The notes: generated by a model from the sequence alone, not told the origin. A stretch of 64,000 bases of DNA from Candidatus Obscuribacteraceae bacterium (GCA_044226015.1 JBGAHS010000011.1:32001-96000); one strand, 5' to 3'; counted from the first letter of the stretch, positions 31,399-40,989 are shown. Made by a program: numbers and translations.

Positions 31399-31800
31399 TT
31401 ATCCTTCGACGAATCTACGCAAAGCATCCTTCATACGAGTATTTTTTTCGGCAACTCTAGTCAACTCTTTAACTATCTGATTAATGCATTCAGACAGTTC
31501 CATTTCGGTAGACTTGAGCGCAATACCGCGCACTATTTTCATTGACTTTGCTGAATAAGAAGCCATGCCCTTATCTTTACTGATTTGATAATGGGTTTCG
31601 TCAAAACGAACGAGAAGGTCTTCTATCGGTTTCTCTTTGGAGAAAATCCAACCACCTCTAGAGACCGTAACATTGTCGGGTAGCGCACCCTGCAACATGG
31701 TTGCAAGAGACTCGACTAAACTCTTAGCTTCTCGCCTGTCCATTTCCAGACTCGCAGCAAGAGTTTCAAACATCAACGGTTGATCTAATTCGTCTTCCAT
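31399..31800 (-). CDS. Hypothetical protein heading the YbjQ triad
   Basis: 133 aa, VRGIALKS motif, tightly coupled to the next gene. Confidence 0.7.
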   Translation of the reverse strand: MEDELDQPLMFETLAASLEMDRREAKSLVESLATMLQGALPDNVTVSRGGWIFSKEKPIEDLLVRFDETHYQISKDKGMASYSAKSMKIVRGIALKSTEMELSECINQIVKELTRVAEKNTRMKDALRRFVEG

Positions 31801-32089
31801 AGCAAGTATTGAACCGCTTTTTCAATGATTGCTCATGCTAGCACGTTCCCCTAAAACGAACCTGAGAAAAGGGAAAAGGCGCCAAACCAAGCCAAACTTG
31901 GCCGAATAAATTCGACGAGCATATTCAAATTTGATGCGTGTTCAAATTAGAACTCAGCAACAAGTCCAAATGATGCGATTAGAAGGATGCAGAAAAAGTA
32001 AAAGAGAAAGAACCAGGTCCACCTGGAAATCATCTCTATTTCACTTGGTTTGTCATCTTTTGCGGCCATGGCGTCCTCTAGTTCCTTAC

Positions 32090-32485
32090 TTATTTAGCGT
32101 CTTGAGCTGGCAATTTATCAACTACTTCGCTGAAGCTTTTAACTTCCTGGAGCAATCTTTGCGGTTGCATTCTGGACAACCACAAACCGATAACACGGCG
32201 TCTATCTGTTGCCTTTTTCAGGGTTGGCGGACGAACGCCAAGCAGACGATCGCGAATCATTTTATTGCCTTCGCGGAAGTAGCAGTCACCAATTTGGCAA
32301 CCAGTAACGACTACTCCGTCAGCACCATTTTTCAAAGCAGCCTCAATCATCAACGGCTGAATCATGCCAGAGCATGGAAACTTAACGACATAGCAACCTG
32401 GCATGTCCTTAAGCTGGCTCTTCGAATCCATGATGTTAGTCAGGTCGCAAGAGCGTTCGCAGATCAGTGTCATTATCTTTGGCAT
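32090..32485 (-). CDS. MvhD/FlpD-type [2Fe-2S] protein (hydrogenase delta subunit family)
   Basis: C...FPCSG...GADGVVVTGCQIGDCYFREGN. Confidence 0.88.
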   Translation of the reverse strand: MPKIMTLICERSCDLTNIMDSKSQLKDMPGCYVVKFPCSGMIQPLMIEAALKNGADGVVVTGCQIGDCYFREGNKMIRDRLLGVRPPTLKKATDRRRVIGLWLSRMQPQRLLQEVKSFSEVVDKLPAQDAK

Positions 32486-32494
32486 ATCGGCATC

Positions 32495-33676
32495 CTAGGA
32501 TTGAGTAAGAAGAGCTTTGATCTTATTTGTAACTTCAGCATCTGGCTGCTCAGGCAAGTCGATTGCATCGAAAGCACAAGCTCCAACACAAAGTCCACAA
32601 CCAGAACAACGGAATGGAATTACAGTAGCGCGCAGTTTGAAACGAGAGCCGGCAGGTGCTGGCACCATTTCGATAGCTTCGTAAGGGCAATCTTTGTCGC
32701 ACAACGAGCATCCAGTGCATTTGTTGTCGACGACTGTGGCAGGGTCAAATGGATCGAGCTTGCCGGAAGCGCCTTCAACTAGGAATGGCATCGGAAGGAA
32801 TGTGATCAACAAAGTACCGAGAATAATCACGACCCAGAAAGTCATTGGCGACATCTGTGTCAGCATCCAGTATGGGAAAAGGAAGAACCAATCAACATCA
32901 AACGCATTTGGTTGTGTTGTGAGGTTAGCCATCTTGCCCATAGTGATTGGGTTGAAGAACACCACCATCAAAACAATCGCCATAAGAGCGTACTGAATCA
33001 CTGGAGGAGCAGTGAGCACTGGGCGAGCCATGCGCACATAGTGCAACCACAAACCGAAGATCAGGAAGAACGACATACCAATGTGGATGAACAGGAAGTT
33101 TGAAAGTGTGAGGTTGGTGATAGCGTTACCGTTTAAGAACCAGGCTTTCAGACCAGGTCCGATAACTGGCAATTGTTCGAAAGCGCTAACGCTCATACGG
33201 CAGAGAACCAGCGAGCGCTCATCCCAAACCAGGTAATATCCGGTTTGACCGATGAATAGCACAATGAGGAAAAGCACGATACCAGTGAACCATTGCAACC
33301 AACGGTATTGCCTATAACGGTCAGTCATCCACACGCGCAAGGCGTGTAAGACGATGGTGAGCACCATCGCATCACCAGCATATCGGTGAATGCCACGCAC
33401 CACATTGCCGAATGGAATCTTATTAGTAATGTAATCAACGGAAGTGAACGCGTTGATCAAATTGCTCGCCGAGTATGCACTATCAATCGTTGGAATGTAA
33501 TAGGCAAACAAGAGCAAGCCTGACAGAAACAAAACCCACAAGAAGAATTGGGGCAGAGCTCCGTGGTAATAGAAAGGATTGTATTTGCTCGTGAGCACCA
33601 TGTTGGTGGCATGCTCGAGCGGCAATCCTATTGTTTTGTTTAGCGCGTCTGTATAGACCTTTTGCTGCTGCGACAT
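32495..33676 (-). CDS. Cytochrome b fused to a C-terminal 2x[4Fe-4S] ferredoxin
   Basis: Four heme His (RGIH..VLH; FIH..WLH), VDWF, CTGCSLCxxxCP and CSGCGLCxxxC. Confidence 0.9.
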   Translation of the reverse strand: MSQQQKVYTDALNKTIGLPLEHATNMVLTSKYNPFYYHGALPQFFLWVLFLSGLLLFAYYIPTIDSAYSASNLINAFTSVDYITNKIPFGNVVRGIHRYAGDAMVLTIVLHALRVWMTDRYRQYRWLQWFTGIVLFLIVLFIGQTGYYLVWDERSLVLCRMSVSAFEQLPVIGPGLKAWFLNGNAITNLTLSNFLFIHIGMSFFLIFGLWLHYVRMARPVLTAPPVIQYALMAIVLMVVFFNPITMGKMANLTTQPNAFDVDWFFLFPYWMLTQMSPMTFWVVIILGTLLITFLPMPFLVEGASGKLDPFDPATVVDNKCTGCSLCDKDCPYEAIEMVPAPAGSRFKLRATVIPFRCSGCGLCVGACAFDAIDLPEQPDAEVTNKIKALLTQS

Positions 33677-33706
33677 CTATCGACTACCTTTTACTTTACC
33701 CTTCAA

Positions 33707-34222
33707 CTACTTTTTAACTGGCAGAATTGTTTTTTCTTCGGCACCCCAACGACCCATCGCTTGAATAGCGACTGCGCCGAGGAAAAGAGCGACTCCTAAA
33801 AACAATGCATAAGCGTTGTAGACATAGTTTTTGTCTACTTGCAGCAGATCAAGAATCGTTTTGAGATTCTGCTCGCCGAGATTTTGCTGAATGTCTTTTA
33901 CGACTTGCTCACCATATTTGTCGCCGTTGGTTGCAACGATTTGAGCTTTCCAGTTTTTCATTACATCAGCATTTTGTGCGTCAGGAGCTGGCTTAGGACC
34001 AGGCAACATGCCGAGCATCTGAATTCCAAAACCTGCATATTGATTCATCAGCTCTGGAATTCGAACACAAGACTCACCTGACTCGCGTTTTTCCGGGAAA
34101 ACTTGAGCTGGTAAAAGCTCAGCCGCTGGCAAAAACACGAGGCTTGCTACAAGCACGCCAACCGCTGCCAAGAGGCAGAGTCCCATGCTCATAGGGTCTG
34201 GTTTTCTTTCTTCAGGACCCAT
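33707..34222 (-). CDS. Two-TM membrane protein of the respiratory operon
   Basis: TMs at both ends, GGAG RBS, lies inside the operon. Confidence 0.7.
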   Translation of the reverse strand: MGPEERKPDPMSMGLCLLAAVGVLVASLVFLPAAELLPAQVFPEKRESGESCVRIPELMNQYAGFGIQMLGMLPGPKPAPDAQNADVMKNWKAQIVATNGDKYGEQVVKDIQQNLGEQNLKTILDLLQVDKNYVYNAYALFLGVALFLGAVAIQAMGRWGAEEKTILPVKK

Positions 34223-34225
34223 TTC

Positions 34226-34555
34226 TTACTCCCTTCCTTCGCTCTTGTCGCCGTTATTGAGATCGTTTCCGACCTTCTTCTCAATGGAATTATTTTTTCT
34301 TTCGTTCAAAGATTTCTCTATTTTTTCAAACAGATCTATGCGCTTGCGCAGATTGCCTTTCTTCTTCTCTTCGACATAGATGTAGTAAGCCTGCACCATG
34401 ACAAAGAAGATAGTAGCGGCAGTTCCACCGATCAGGACACCCCAGTCGCCCAAGCCCCCACTCTGATTGACTTGCCTCCACCCGGCGAAGAACCAGGAGA
34501 GAGCAACAACCGAAGCGGCAAATATGGTGAGTTTGAGCGACCAGTGCATAGTCAT
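34226..34555 (-). CDS. Small two-TM membrane protein of the respiratory operon
   Basis: Two hydrophobic helices and a basic tail. Confidence 0.7.
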   Translation of the reverse strand: MTMHWSLKLTIFAASVVALSWFFAGWRQVNQSGGLGDWGVLIGGTAATIFFVMVQAYYIYVEEKKKGNLRKRIDLFEKIEKSLNERKNNSIEKKVGNDLNNGDKSEGRE

Positions 34556-34572
34556 GACCTTGCCTTACCTCA

Positions 34573-36429
34573 TCAGGATGCAGCTGGAGCTGCAGGTTCT
34601 GGGGTAGGCGCCGCAGGAGCTGGAGCTGGTGGTGTCTTGAACTTCGGCAGCATGACGAAACATGCCACTGTGGTTGCAGCACCTACAGCCATCCAGATCC
34701 AATCGATTTCAGGAACGGCTAGCGGATATGGTGCACCAGACACTGCTTTTTCCAGTCCTGGTGTCATGCGCTTGGTGAAGGTCAAATAGTCGAAACACCA
34801 ACGATTTTGCACCATGTAATCCAGGGTGTTCAGATATGGCACGGCTGTTGGCACGCCGTCTTTGCTGACGACCATGAAGCTAGGAATAGCTTTGAAGAGC
34901 GGGTCTAGCCAACCACCAGCGTCCGGAGCTGTAACGAGTGCATACAAGTCTTGCACTTGTTTTTCGCCTGGGTAACCGTGAGTTGTCACCAACTCATGGT
35001 AGTTCCAGTAGCCCGGATTGTAATTAGGTTTATTGGCTGGGTCGCTGTCGATGAGCACTTTAACGAGTGCTTCCGCCTGCTCGCCCTTCGAGATGCTGCC
35101 CAATGTTTTGCATAGACCATAGGTCCAAGCTTGTGTCAGTGGGCTGAAGAACATTTCGGTGAGAGCCATGTAGTAGTACACAATTGCCCAGAATGTCTGG
35201 ATTGCTGCGGTAATACCCATGACGATACAACCTTTGGCAGCGACTGCTTTTTCCTGAACGGTCTTGAAGTCTTTACCGTAGACCCAGAGTTGCAGAAGTA
35301 TGCCGAGGTCAATCAATCCCCACAAGAATGAGCGCCAATATGGTGGGTCATTGTGGATGTTGGCGATGTTGACGATGATGAGTAGAGAGAACACGATCCA
35401 GCAAACGAAGCCCATCAAAGCAACGAAGAAAATAAGTGGACGCTTGTAAATGTCTTTCTCTGCACCGGTTGCCCATACATCTATGAAGGGCAGCAAAATA
35501 ACCGATATCGGAATGACCATTGTGATTTCAGTAGCAACTACGGGCTCGAGGTATTTGTACATCTGATACAAACCGAGGAAGTACCAGTCCGACAAAATCG
35601 GCAACGGAGTTACGTCAGGGTTGGAACGGTGTCCAAGAGCTGCTGGCATGATGATTGCAATAATCACGACCATCAATAGAACGACCATGCGTTTGGTCCA
35701 ATTAATTGGAATTCGCTTGAAGCCCGTTTTGTAGAAATACAGTTCGACGAAAATAAGTGGTATCGCCGAGAATGCCAGGTGGATAGAGAAGAATCTAGTA
35801 ATAGTTTCTTGCGTGATAGCGCCACCAGCGCCGAGCAAGAACTCTGCAGTGTTCCAACCGAGGTGAACTGATTTGACCAGAGGCAAATAGAAGTCACCCA
35901 TGAATGGGAACTGGTCCATGTACGTCGGGAACGTGGCGAATACCTTCGTAGCCCAAAACGCGCGCTGGTTCCAGATGAGCAGATATCCTGTAAGACCGGA
36001 ATACATAGAGAGGAGCAGAGTAATCAGCGCGATGGCTATATTGAACTCTTTTCCAGGTTTGTAGTCACCGCAAATGAACATGCGGTAAAGACGAATGGTA
36101 GCAGCGATAATCATCGCGTCGGCACCATACTTGTGACATCCTCTCCAGATGTTGCCGAATGGAATTTCGTGCTGAATATGCAGGATGGAGTCGAACGCAG
36201 CGGGCTTGGTCGGTACGTACCAGATGAAAAGAATACATCCAGTAGCCATGACCAGGAACCAGACCAGATAGAAGATTCCGCCTATGCAATAGAACGGATT
36301 CGTCTTGGCCTGCTCCGCATGGTGCTCGTCCATGATGTCGATATTGTTTAGCCGCGTGTTAATCCAGTCGCCAGCTTGCTTCATGAAGCCGGCCATACTG
36401 AATCCACTGGCGTTTGTTGTACTAGGCAA
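34573..36429 (-). CDS. Long cytochrome b6-like protein (b6 + subunit-IV-like + extra TM/periplasmic part), two heme His replaced
   Basis: NPFYCIGG, RGCH, TGYLLIWNQRAFWA, TRFFSIH, SDWY. Confidence 0.88.
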   Translation of the reverse strand: MPSTTNASGFSMAGFMKQAGDWINTRLNNIDIMDEHHAEQAKTNPFYCIGGIFYLVWFLVMATGCILFIWYVPTKPAAFDSILHIQHEIPFGNIWRGCHKYGADAMIIAATIRLYRMFICGDYKPGKEFNIAIALITLLLSMYSGLTGYLLIWNQRAFWATKVFATFPTYMDQFPFMGDFYLPLVKSVHLGWNTAEFLLGAGGAITQETITRFFSIHLAFSAIPLIFVELYFYKTGFKRIPINWTKRMVVLLMVVIIAIIMPAALGHRSNPDVTPLPILSDWYFLGLYQMYKYLEPVVATEITMVIPISVILLPFIDVWATGAEKDIYKRPLIFFVALMGFVCWIVFSLLIIVNIANIHNDPPYWRSFLWGLIDLGILLQLWVYGKDFKTVQEKAVAAKGCIVMGITAAIQTFWAIVYYYMALTEMFFSPLTQAWTYGLCKTLGSISKGEQAEALVKVLIDSDPANKPNYNPGYWNYHELVTTHGYPGEKQVQDLYALVTAPDAGGWLDPLFKAIPSFMVVSKDGVPTAVPYLNTLDYMVQNRWCFDYLTFTKRMTPGLEKAVSGAPYPLAVPEIDWIWMAVGAATTVACFVMLPKFKTPPAPAPAAPTPEPAAPAAS

Positions 36430-36979
36430 TTCCCCCGGCCTCCAGTGAAACGATACTTATTTTGTCCCCTTCTGTTTTCACAGTGAATTGTCTGGGTGGG
36501 CGAGGTGCTGGTCCTGAGACCACCTTGCCTCCCTGCGCAATGTCATAAACACTCAAATGGCAAGGGCAGGCGAATACCGGTCCTTGCGGTTTAAAGTTGT
36601 AGCCCTTCAAACACTCATCTGGATCCTTCACGAAATTGAAGATGCAACCCAGGTGAGGACAAATACGGCTGTACGCTACTACATCGCCGGTCGGCAGTTT
36701 AACTGCAAAACCAGGAATCTTGCGTACTTCCAGACCTTCAGGATTGTATTCCTTATATGATTGCGAAAACATGAATTGCAAACAGGTCCACTCTTCCGGG
36801 AAGTCTTTATTCGTGAAGGATACTTCTTCCAGCGCTTTAGGCTGGTCAGATGGACCAAGAATGTCCATCGGCTTGATGGTCGGTCTTAGATAACGCATGA
36901 ATGGCGAAAGCAGTAGCCCGAACGTTGCAGCAAGTGGAATTGCTGCCATAAAAGATCTCCTAGTTGTTCCCTCAGCCAT
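36422..36979 (-). CDS. Rieske [2Fe-2S] protein
   Basis: Tat motif TRRSFM, CPHLGC, CPCHLSVY, GPAPRP. Confidence 0.95.
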   Translation of the reverse strand: MAEGTTRRSFMAAIPLAATFGLLLSPFMRYLRPTIKPMDILGPSDQPKALEEVSFTNKDFPEEWTCLQFMFSQSYKEYNPEGLEVRKIPGFAVKLPTGDVVAYSRICPHLGCIFNFVKDPDECLKGYNFKPQGPVFACPCHLSVYDIAQGGKVVSGPAPRPPRQFTVKTEGDKISIVSLEAGGIA

Positions 36980-37022
36980 AAATTCGTTCCTCTTAATACC
37001 CGTTGAAAAGACCTTCTAAATT

Positions 37023-38021
37023 CTAGTGAGTTTTGTCTTCGAGTTTTCCGTTTATTACATTCTTTGGACTTTCTGCTTGACCGGCATTGTCGTTGTGCGG
37101 AGCATCAGCTTTCTTTTCCAGGTCACTCTTTGTTTCCTGGTCAGGAGTTCCGCCGGTTGAGGTCTCGGTTCCAGTAGCTCCAGTCGCTTCCTCAGGAGTC
37201 TTGGTGGTGTTTTCGCCAGCGTCTTTCGGCTTATCAGATGTTCCAGCAGCTGCTGGAGCTTTAGGAGCGGCCGTAGCGGCAGAGGCAACTTCAGTTGTTG
37301 CAGCATTGCTAACATGGAAGTTACGTACATAAGCGACTAGCTTCTTGATGTAAGCATGGTCGAATTTTACGTTCTTCTTCTTGTCGGTTTTGCCGAGGAA
37401 GTTAGGCATGCCTTCCCACTTGATGCCGTTAGCGATGTGATCGAACAGAGTGTCATCTGTTCTGTCATAAAAGCGTTGGAAAGTCTGGAAGTTTGCTGGG
37501 TTTGGCTCGAGGTTGCGAGCCAGAGGACCGTCGCCATCACCCTTGGTGCCATGGCACACAGCGCAATTAGAACCAAATACAGCATTAACTTCGTCAATTT
37601 CGCCTTGAGTCAGCGGAGGGCAGCCCAGCGAACGAGCATAGAATACGAGGTTCCATGTGTCTTTCGGGCTGATCTTGCCTTGCATATGATGCTGGTCAAG
37701 CTTTCCGTAAGTAAGCGCCTTGTACAGATCAACTGGTTTGACCATCGCCATATAGCGATGATCGTTTACTGCAGCTTTAGCGCCTTCAGGCTTAGTGCCA
37801 CCATCTGCGCCATGGCAGGAAGCACAATTCTGCTTCTCCCAGACCACCTTACCATCTGGAATAGACGGTCTGTCGTCAGGATAGACAATGGTGTCAGTTG
37901 GAGCCAGAGTTTGATTGACGCTGATCAGAGGGTCTGTCAGAGCCACCTTCGTCTCTGTCTGCCCGCAAGATGCGAGAGCAAAGACTACTGGAATTAGGGG
38001 AAGAGTTTTAGTGAGTTTCAT
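37023..38021 (-). CDS. Di-heme cytochrome c lipoprotein
   Basis: Lipobox LASC, CASCH, CAVCH. Confidence 0.88.
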   Translation of the reverse strand: MKLTKTLPLIPVVFALASCGQTETKVALTDPLISVNQTLAPTDTIVYPDDRPSIPDGKVVWEKQNCASCHGADGGTKPEGAKAAVNDHRYMAMVKPVDLYKALTYGKLDQHHMQGKISPKDTWNLVFYARSLGCPPLTQGEIDEVNAVFGSNCAVCHGTKGDGDGPLARNLEPNPANFQTFQRFYDRTDDTLFDHIANGIKWEGMPNFLGKTDKKKNVKFDHAYIKKLVAYVRNFHVSNAATTEVASAATAAPKAPAAAGTSDKPKDAGENTTKTPEEATGATGTETSTGGTPDQETKSDLEKKADAPHNDNAGQAESPKNVINGKLEDKTH

Positions 38022-38042
38022 TCGAATTGCCTTCAGTCCTCA

Positions 38043-38228
38043 TTAATATCCAAAGAAGGGGACCCAAGAGGTCAGAGCCCACGTCACAATCAAGAAGAAG
38101 ATAACGATGAGTGAGAGTGGGGGCGGTCCTTCGCCAACACGATACTCAGCAACTTCTTCATAGTGCTCTTCAGGCACCACCGAGTTCGGTGCTGCTGGCT
38201 TTGGAGTAGCTTTTACTTCGTCAGCCAC
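38043..38228 (-). CDS. Small TM protein resembling the CcoP N-terminal anchor
   Basis: EYRVGEGPPPLSLIVIFFLIVTW; GGAG RBS. Confidence 0.6.
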   Translation of the reverse strand: MADEVKATPKPAAPNSVVPEEHYEEVAEYRVGEGPPPLSLIVIFFLIVTWALTSWVPFFGY

Positions 38229-38244
38229 GACAATATCTCCTTAT

Positions 38245-38487
38245 TTACTCAGCTTGGGCTTTGGCGCGAACTACATCTATACGGGCTTTGGCGATGGATG
38301 AAAGACCAACTTCCTCTCCGTCGTCAAGCATATCGAATTTCGAAGATTCCATATCTTCAAACTCGCCGTTTCTGAAAGCCCACCACATTGCTGCGATCGC
38401 GATCAAAAAGAACAACATGCAAACACCGTAGGCTACGTACACGCCTGGCTGCAAACCAGCCTGGTTTAGTAGGCAATTTGGACACAT
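38245..38487 (-). CDS. ccoS: cbb3 assembly protein CcoS/FixS-like
   Basis: TM then WWAFRNGEFEDME...MLDD. Confidence 0.75.
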   Translation of the reverse strand: MCPNCLLNQAGLQPGVYVAYGVCMLFFLIAIAAMWWAFRNGEFEDMESSKFDMLDDGEEVGLSSIAKARIDVVRAKAQAE

Positions 38488-38489
38488 GA

Positions 38490-39599
38490 TTAATGCCCTC
38501 CTGCTGGTGCTGGTGCATCGGTGTGCACGACAGGAGCCGGCGCACCCAAGCCCTTAGTCAAGCTTGCTGGTGGATTTGTGATGGTAGAACTATTGTCCGG
38601 GTTCTTCGTGCCATCGCTGTTGTCTTCCCAATAAGTGGATTCCACAACAGACTCACCTGGTTCAGGTGCAGACTCAGCAGAACCGCTCTTCGGTTCATAA
38701 ACCTGGTTAGACAAACGTGGCAGCCTGGTTGGTTCGACCTTGTTAAGCTGGTCAATATTATTGACTGTCTCTTCGTGGTCTTTCTGCAATGTCTTCAGGT
38801 AAGCGACTAGGTACCACATTTGTTCTTCAGAGAGAATTTCGCCAAAGTGTGGCATGCGAGTACCGGCTACACCTTCTCTGATTCTGTAGAACCAAAAGGT
38901 ATCAGGATATTGCTTGAAGAAGTCTCTGGTGAAGTTAGCTGGTTTCTTCTCGAGGGTAATGGAGTTAGGACCATTTCCGCGACCTTCCAAACCATGGCAT
39001 ACTGCGCAGTTTTGCGTGTAGATACCACGACCAGCATTGGCAGCAGCATCAGCTTCAGTATCAACTTTCTTTCTTGCCAGAAACGCATCGTATTCTTCTG
39101 GAGCTTGAACGTAGGTTGTGACCTTACGGTTGTTGCCGAGTGATTGCAGGTAAGCAACCAGGTCGTTCATGTCGCGATCAGAAAGGAAGCTGAAACTTGG
39201 CATGATGGAACCTGGCTTCACAGCACGTGGCTGCACCAGGTGAGCCTTCTGCCACTCGGAAGCCATGCGAAGACCTTCGTTGGTCAAGTCAGGACCAGTA
39301 CGAGCAGTTCCTAATTGGTGAGGAGTTTCGTTAACATAGTCACCAGCCTTAACGAGTGGACCATAACCGCGGTCTTGCAAGCGAGTGAACTGCGTATGGC
39401 AGTAGAAACAACCCTCACGTACGTAGACCTGGCGACCACGCTCGGGGTCTGCGACCTTGGCAAATGGAGTCTCTTTATAAGCATTAGCAGATGACGTAAG
39501 CTTCGGATTGAAGAGCACCATCGGCAGTAGCACCGTCGCCGTAATAATGGCGAAGAAGGTGATGATGATACCAGTGGCGCCTAGGCGGTAACCGTTCAT
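38490..39599 (-). CDS. ccoO: cbb3 oxidase subunit II fused to a second cytochrome c domain
   Basis: GRQVYVREGCFYCHTQ, RTGPDL, SIMP; second CAVCH. Confidence 0.9.
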   Translation of the reverse strand: MNGYRLGATGIIITFFAIITATVLLPMVLFNPKLTSSANAYKETPFAKVADPERGRQVYVREGCFYCHTQFTRLQDRGYGPLVKAGDYVNETPHQLGTARTGPDLTNEGLRMASEWQKAHLVQPRAVKPGSIMPSFSFLSDRDMNDLVAYLQSLGNNRKVTTYVQAPEEYDAFLARKKVDTEADAAANAGRGIYTQNCAVCHGLEGRGNGPNSITLEKKPANFTRDFFKQYPDTFWFYRIREGVAGTRMPHFGEILSEEQMWYLVAYLKTLQKDHEETVNNIDQLNKVEPTRLPRLSNQVYEPKSGSAESAPEPGESVVESTYWEDNSDGTKNPDNSSTITNPPASLTKGLGAPAPVVHTDAPAPAGGH

Positions 39600-39600
39600 T

Positions 39601-40989
39601 TTAAGCCTTTACCTCCTGAACTTTAGCCTTCTGAGCTGTAGCTGACGACTTGGAGTAAAGTGTCTTCCAAGCGTTATAGCCGAATAGGACTTGACCCAGA
39701 ACGATCATGATTCCGCTGATGGAACGAAGAATCCAGTAAGGCTTCAGTTCGGTTCCCCACAGATCCACTGGAATGGCGTGGTGCCAGCCAGCTGATTGAA
39801 TCAGACCTGCCACAGTCAATGAAGACATCATGAGTCCAAAGCCTGCGGTCTTGAGCCACCAATGTGCCCGGATAAGTCCCTGACTATGCCATTCTCTTCC
39901 GGTGAGCCTGGGCAATCCATAATATATAGATGCGACTGTGATGAATGAGAAGGTTCCAAGAAGTGCAAGGTGAGCATGTCCGACCACCCATTGTGTGAAG
40001 TGGAGGTACCAGTTAACCCAACGAGTTGCTTGGAAAGGACCTTGCGTACAAGTAATCAAATAGAAGATGTTTGATGTGAGCACAAAGCGCAGTGGGATGT
40101 CAGTCACGCACATCTGCCATTTGCCTTTCATGGTCATGAAGAAGTTCGTAAGAACGGTCATAACTGGTACGAGCAAAAATACTGACGAGATGATCGCGAT
40201 AGCTTTCAACCACTCAGGTACAGGAGACTGGGTGATGTGGTGTGTGCCGGTAGGCGCGTAGAAGAGAGCGATGCCCCAGAATCCCAACATGGAGAGTCCG
40301 TGGCTGTAGAGTGGGTTCTGAGTGATACGTGGTAGCAGGTAGTACATCATGCCTACGCCCACTGTCGTGAACCACATACCGAGAATGTTGTGTCCGTAGA
40401 ACCATCCGATGATGGCATCGTTCAAACCTGGGAGAGCAACGAAGGTTCTCTGCCCGATGATGTAGACCAGAGGAAACCAAAAAAGCGCTCCGAGAAAATA
40501 CCAGAGCGACACATAGAGCTTTTTGATTTTGCGATTTACGACGGTCATATATAGATTGAGCGCCGTACAAATTAGTGCCACCACTACGAGACAGTCGAGA
40601 ATGGCACCTAACTCTGCGTACTCACGACCTTCCGTGAACCCGTTCAACAGCGTGCACATCGCACCGACCATCAACAAATTCCACGCCCACATGGTGAAGT
40701 TGCCGAGGCGTTCACTCCAGAGCTTTGATTTGGTGAGTGATGGAATCATGTAGAACATTGAACCTACATAACCCATCGACAGCCAACCTATGGCCACCGT
40801 GTTCACGTGCCACATACGTAAATGGGGCATCGAGAGCTGGGGCACATTGTGGACCAGGTCTGGGAAAGAGAACTCGAGTCCGGCAAGCATTCCGGCTCCC
40901 ATTCCTAAAATGGACCAGAAAATTGCGGAAAGGATGAAATTGCGCGCCGCGCTTCCCTCCCTGTCGCTTAATAGCCTGTCAACTAACAT
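39601..40989 (-). CDS. ccoN: cbb3-type (C-family) heme-copper oxidase subunit I
   Basis: WHVN, GREYAE, WFYGHN, GTHH, WVVGHAHLALLG. Confidence 0.93.
   Translation of the reverse strand: MLVDRLLSDREGSAARNFILSAIFWSILGMGAGMLAGLEFSFPDLVHNVPQLSMPHLRMWHVNTVAIGWLSMGYVGSMFYMIPSLTKSKLWSERLGNFTMWAWNLLMVGAMCTLLNGFTEGREYAELGAILDCLVVVALICTALNLYMTVVNRKIKKLYVSLWYFLGALFWFPLVYIIGQRTFVALPGLNDAIIGWFYGHNILGMWFTTVGVGMMYYLLPRITQNPLYSHGLSMLGFWGIALFYAPTGTHHITQSPVPEWLKAIAIISSVFLLVPVMTVLTNFFMTMKGKWQMCVTDIPLRFVLTSNIFYLITCTQGPFQATRWVNWYLHFTQWVVGHAHLALLGTFSFITVASIYYGLPRLTGREWHSQGLIRAHWWLKTAGFGLMMSSLTVAGLIQSAGWHHAIPVDLWGTELKPYWILRSISGIMIVLGQVLFGYNAWKTLYSKSSATAQKAKVQEVKA

Noticed and set aside
32090..32485. Evidence for a hydrogenase or methanogenesis
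   Set aside because: Only the delta-type Fe-S subunit is present; no catalytic hydrogenase or Hdr subunits in the window
31931..32782. 283-aa plus-strand ORF
   Set aside because: Antisense shadow of the MvhD and cytochrome b genes with no recognisable motif. The same applies to most short overlapping ORFs in the track
39601..40989. Nitric oxide reductase NorB instead of CcoN
   Set aside because: GREYAE and WFYGHN plus adjacent CcoO- and CcoS-like genes fit a C-family oxidase; no HLWVEG motif
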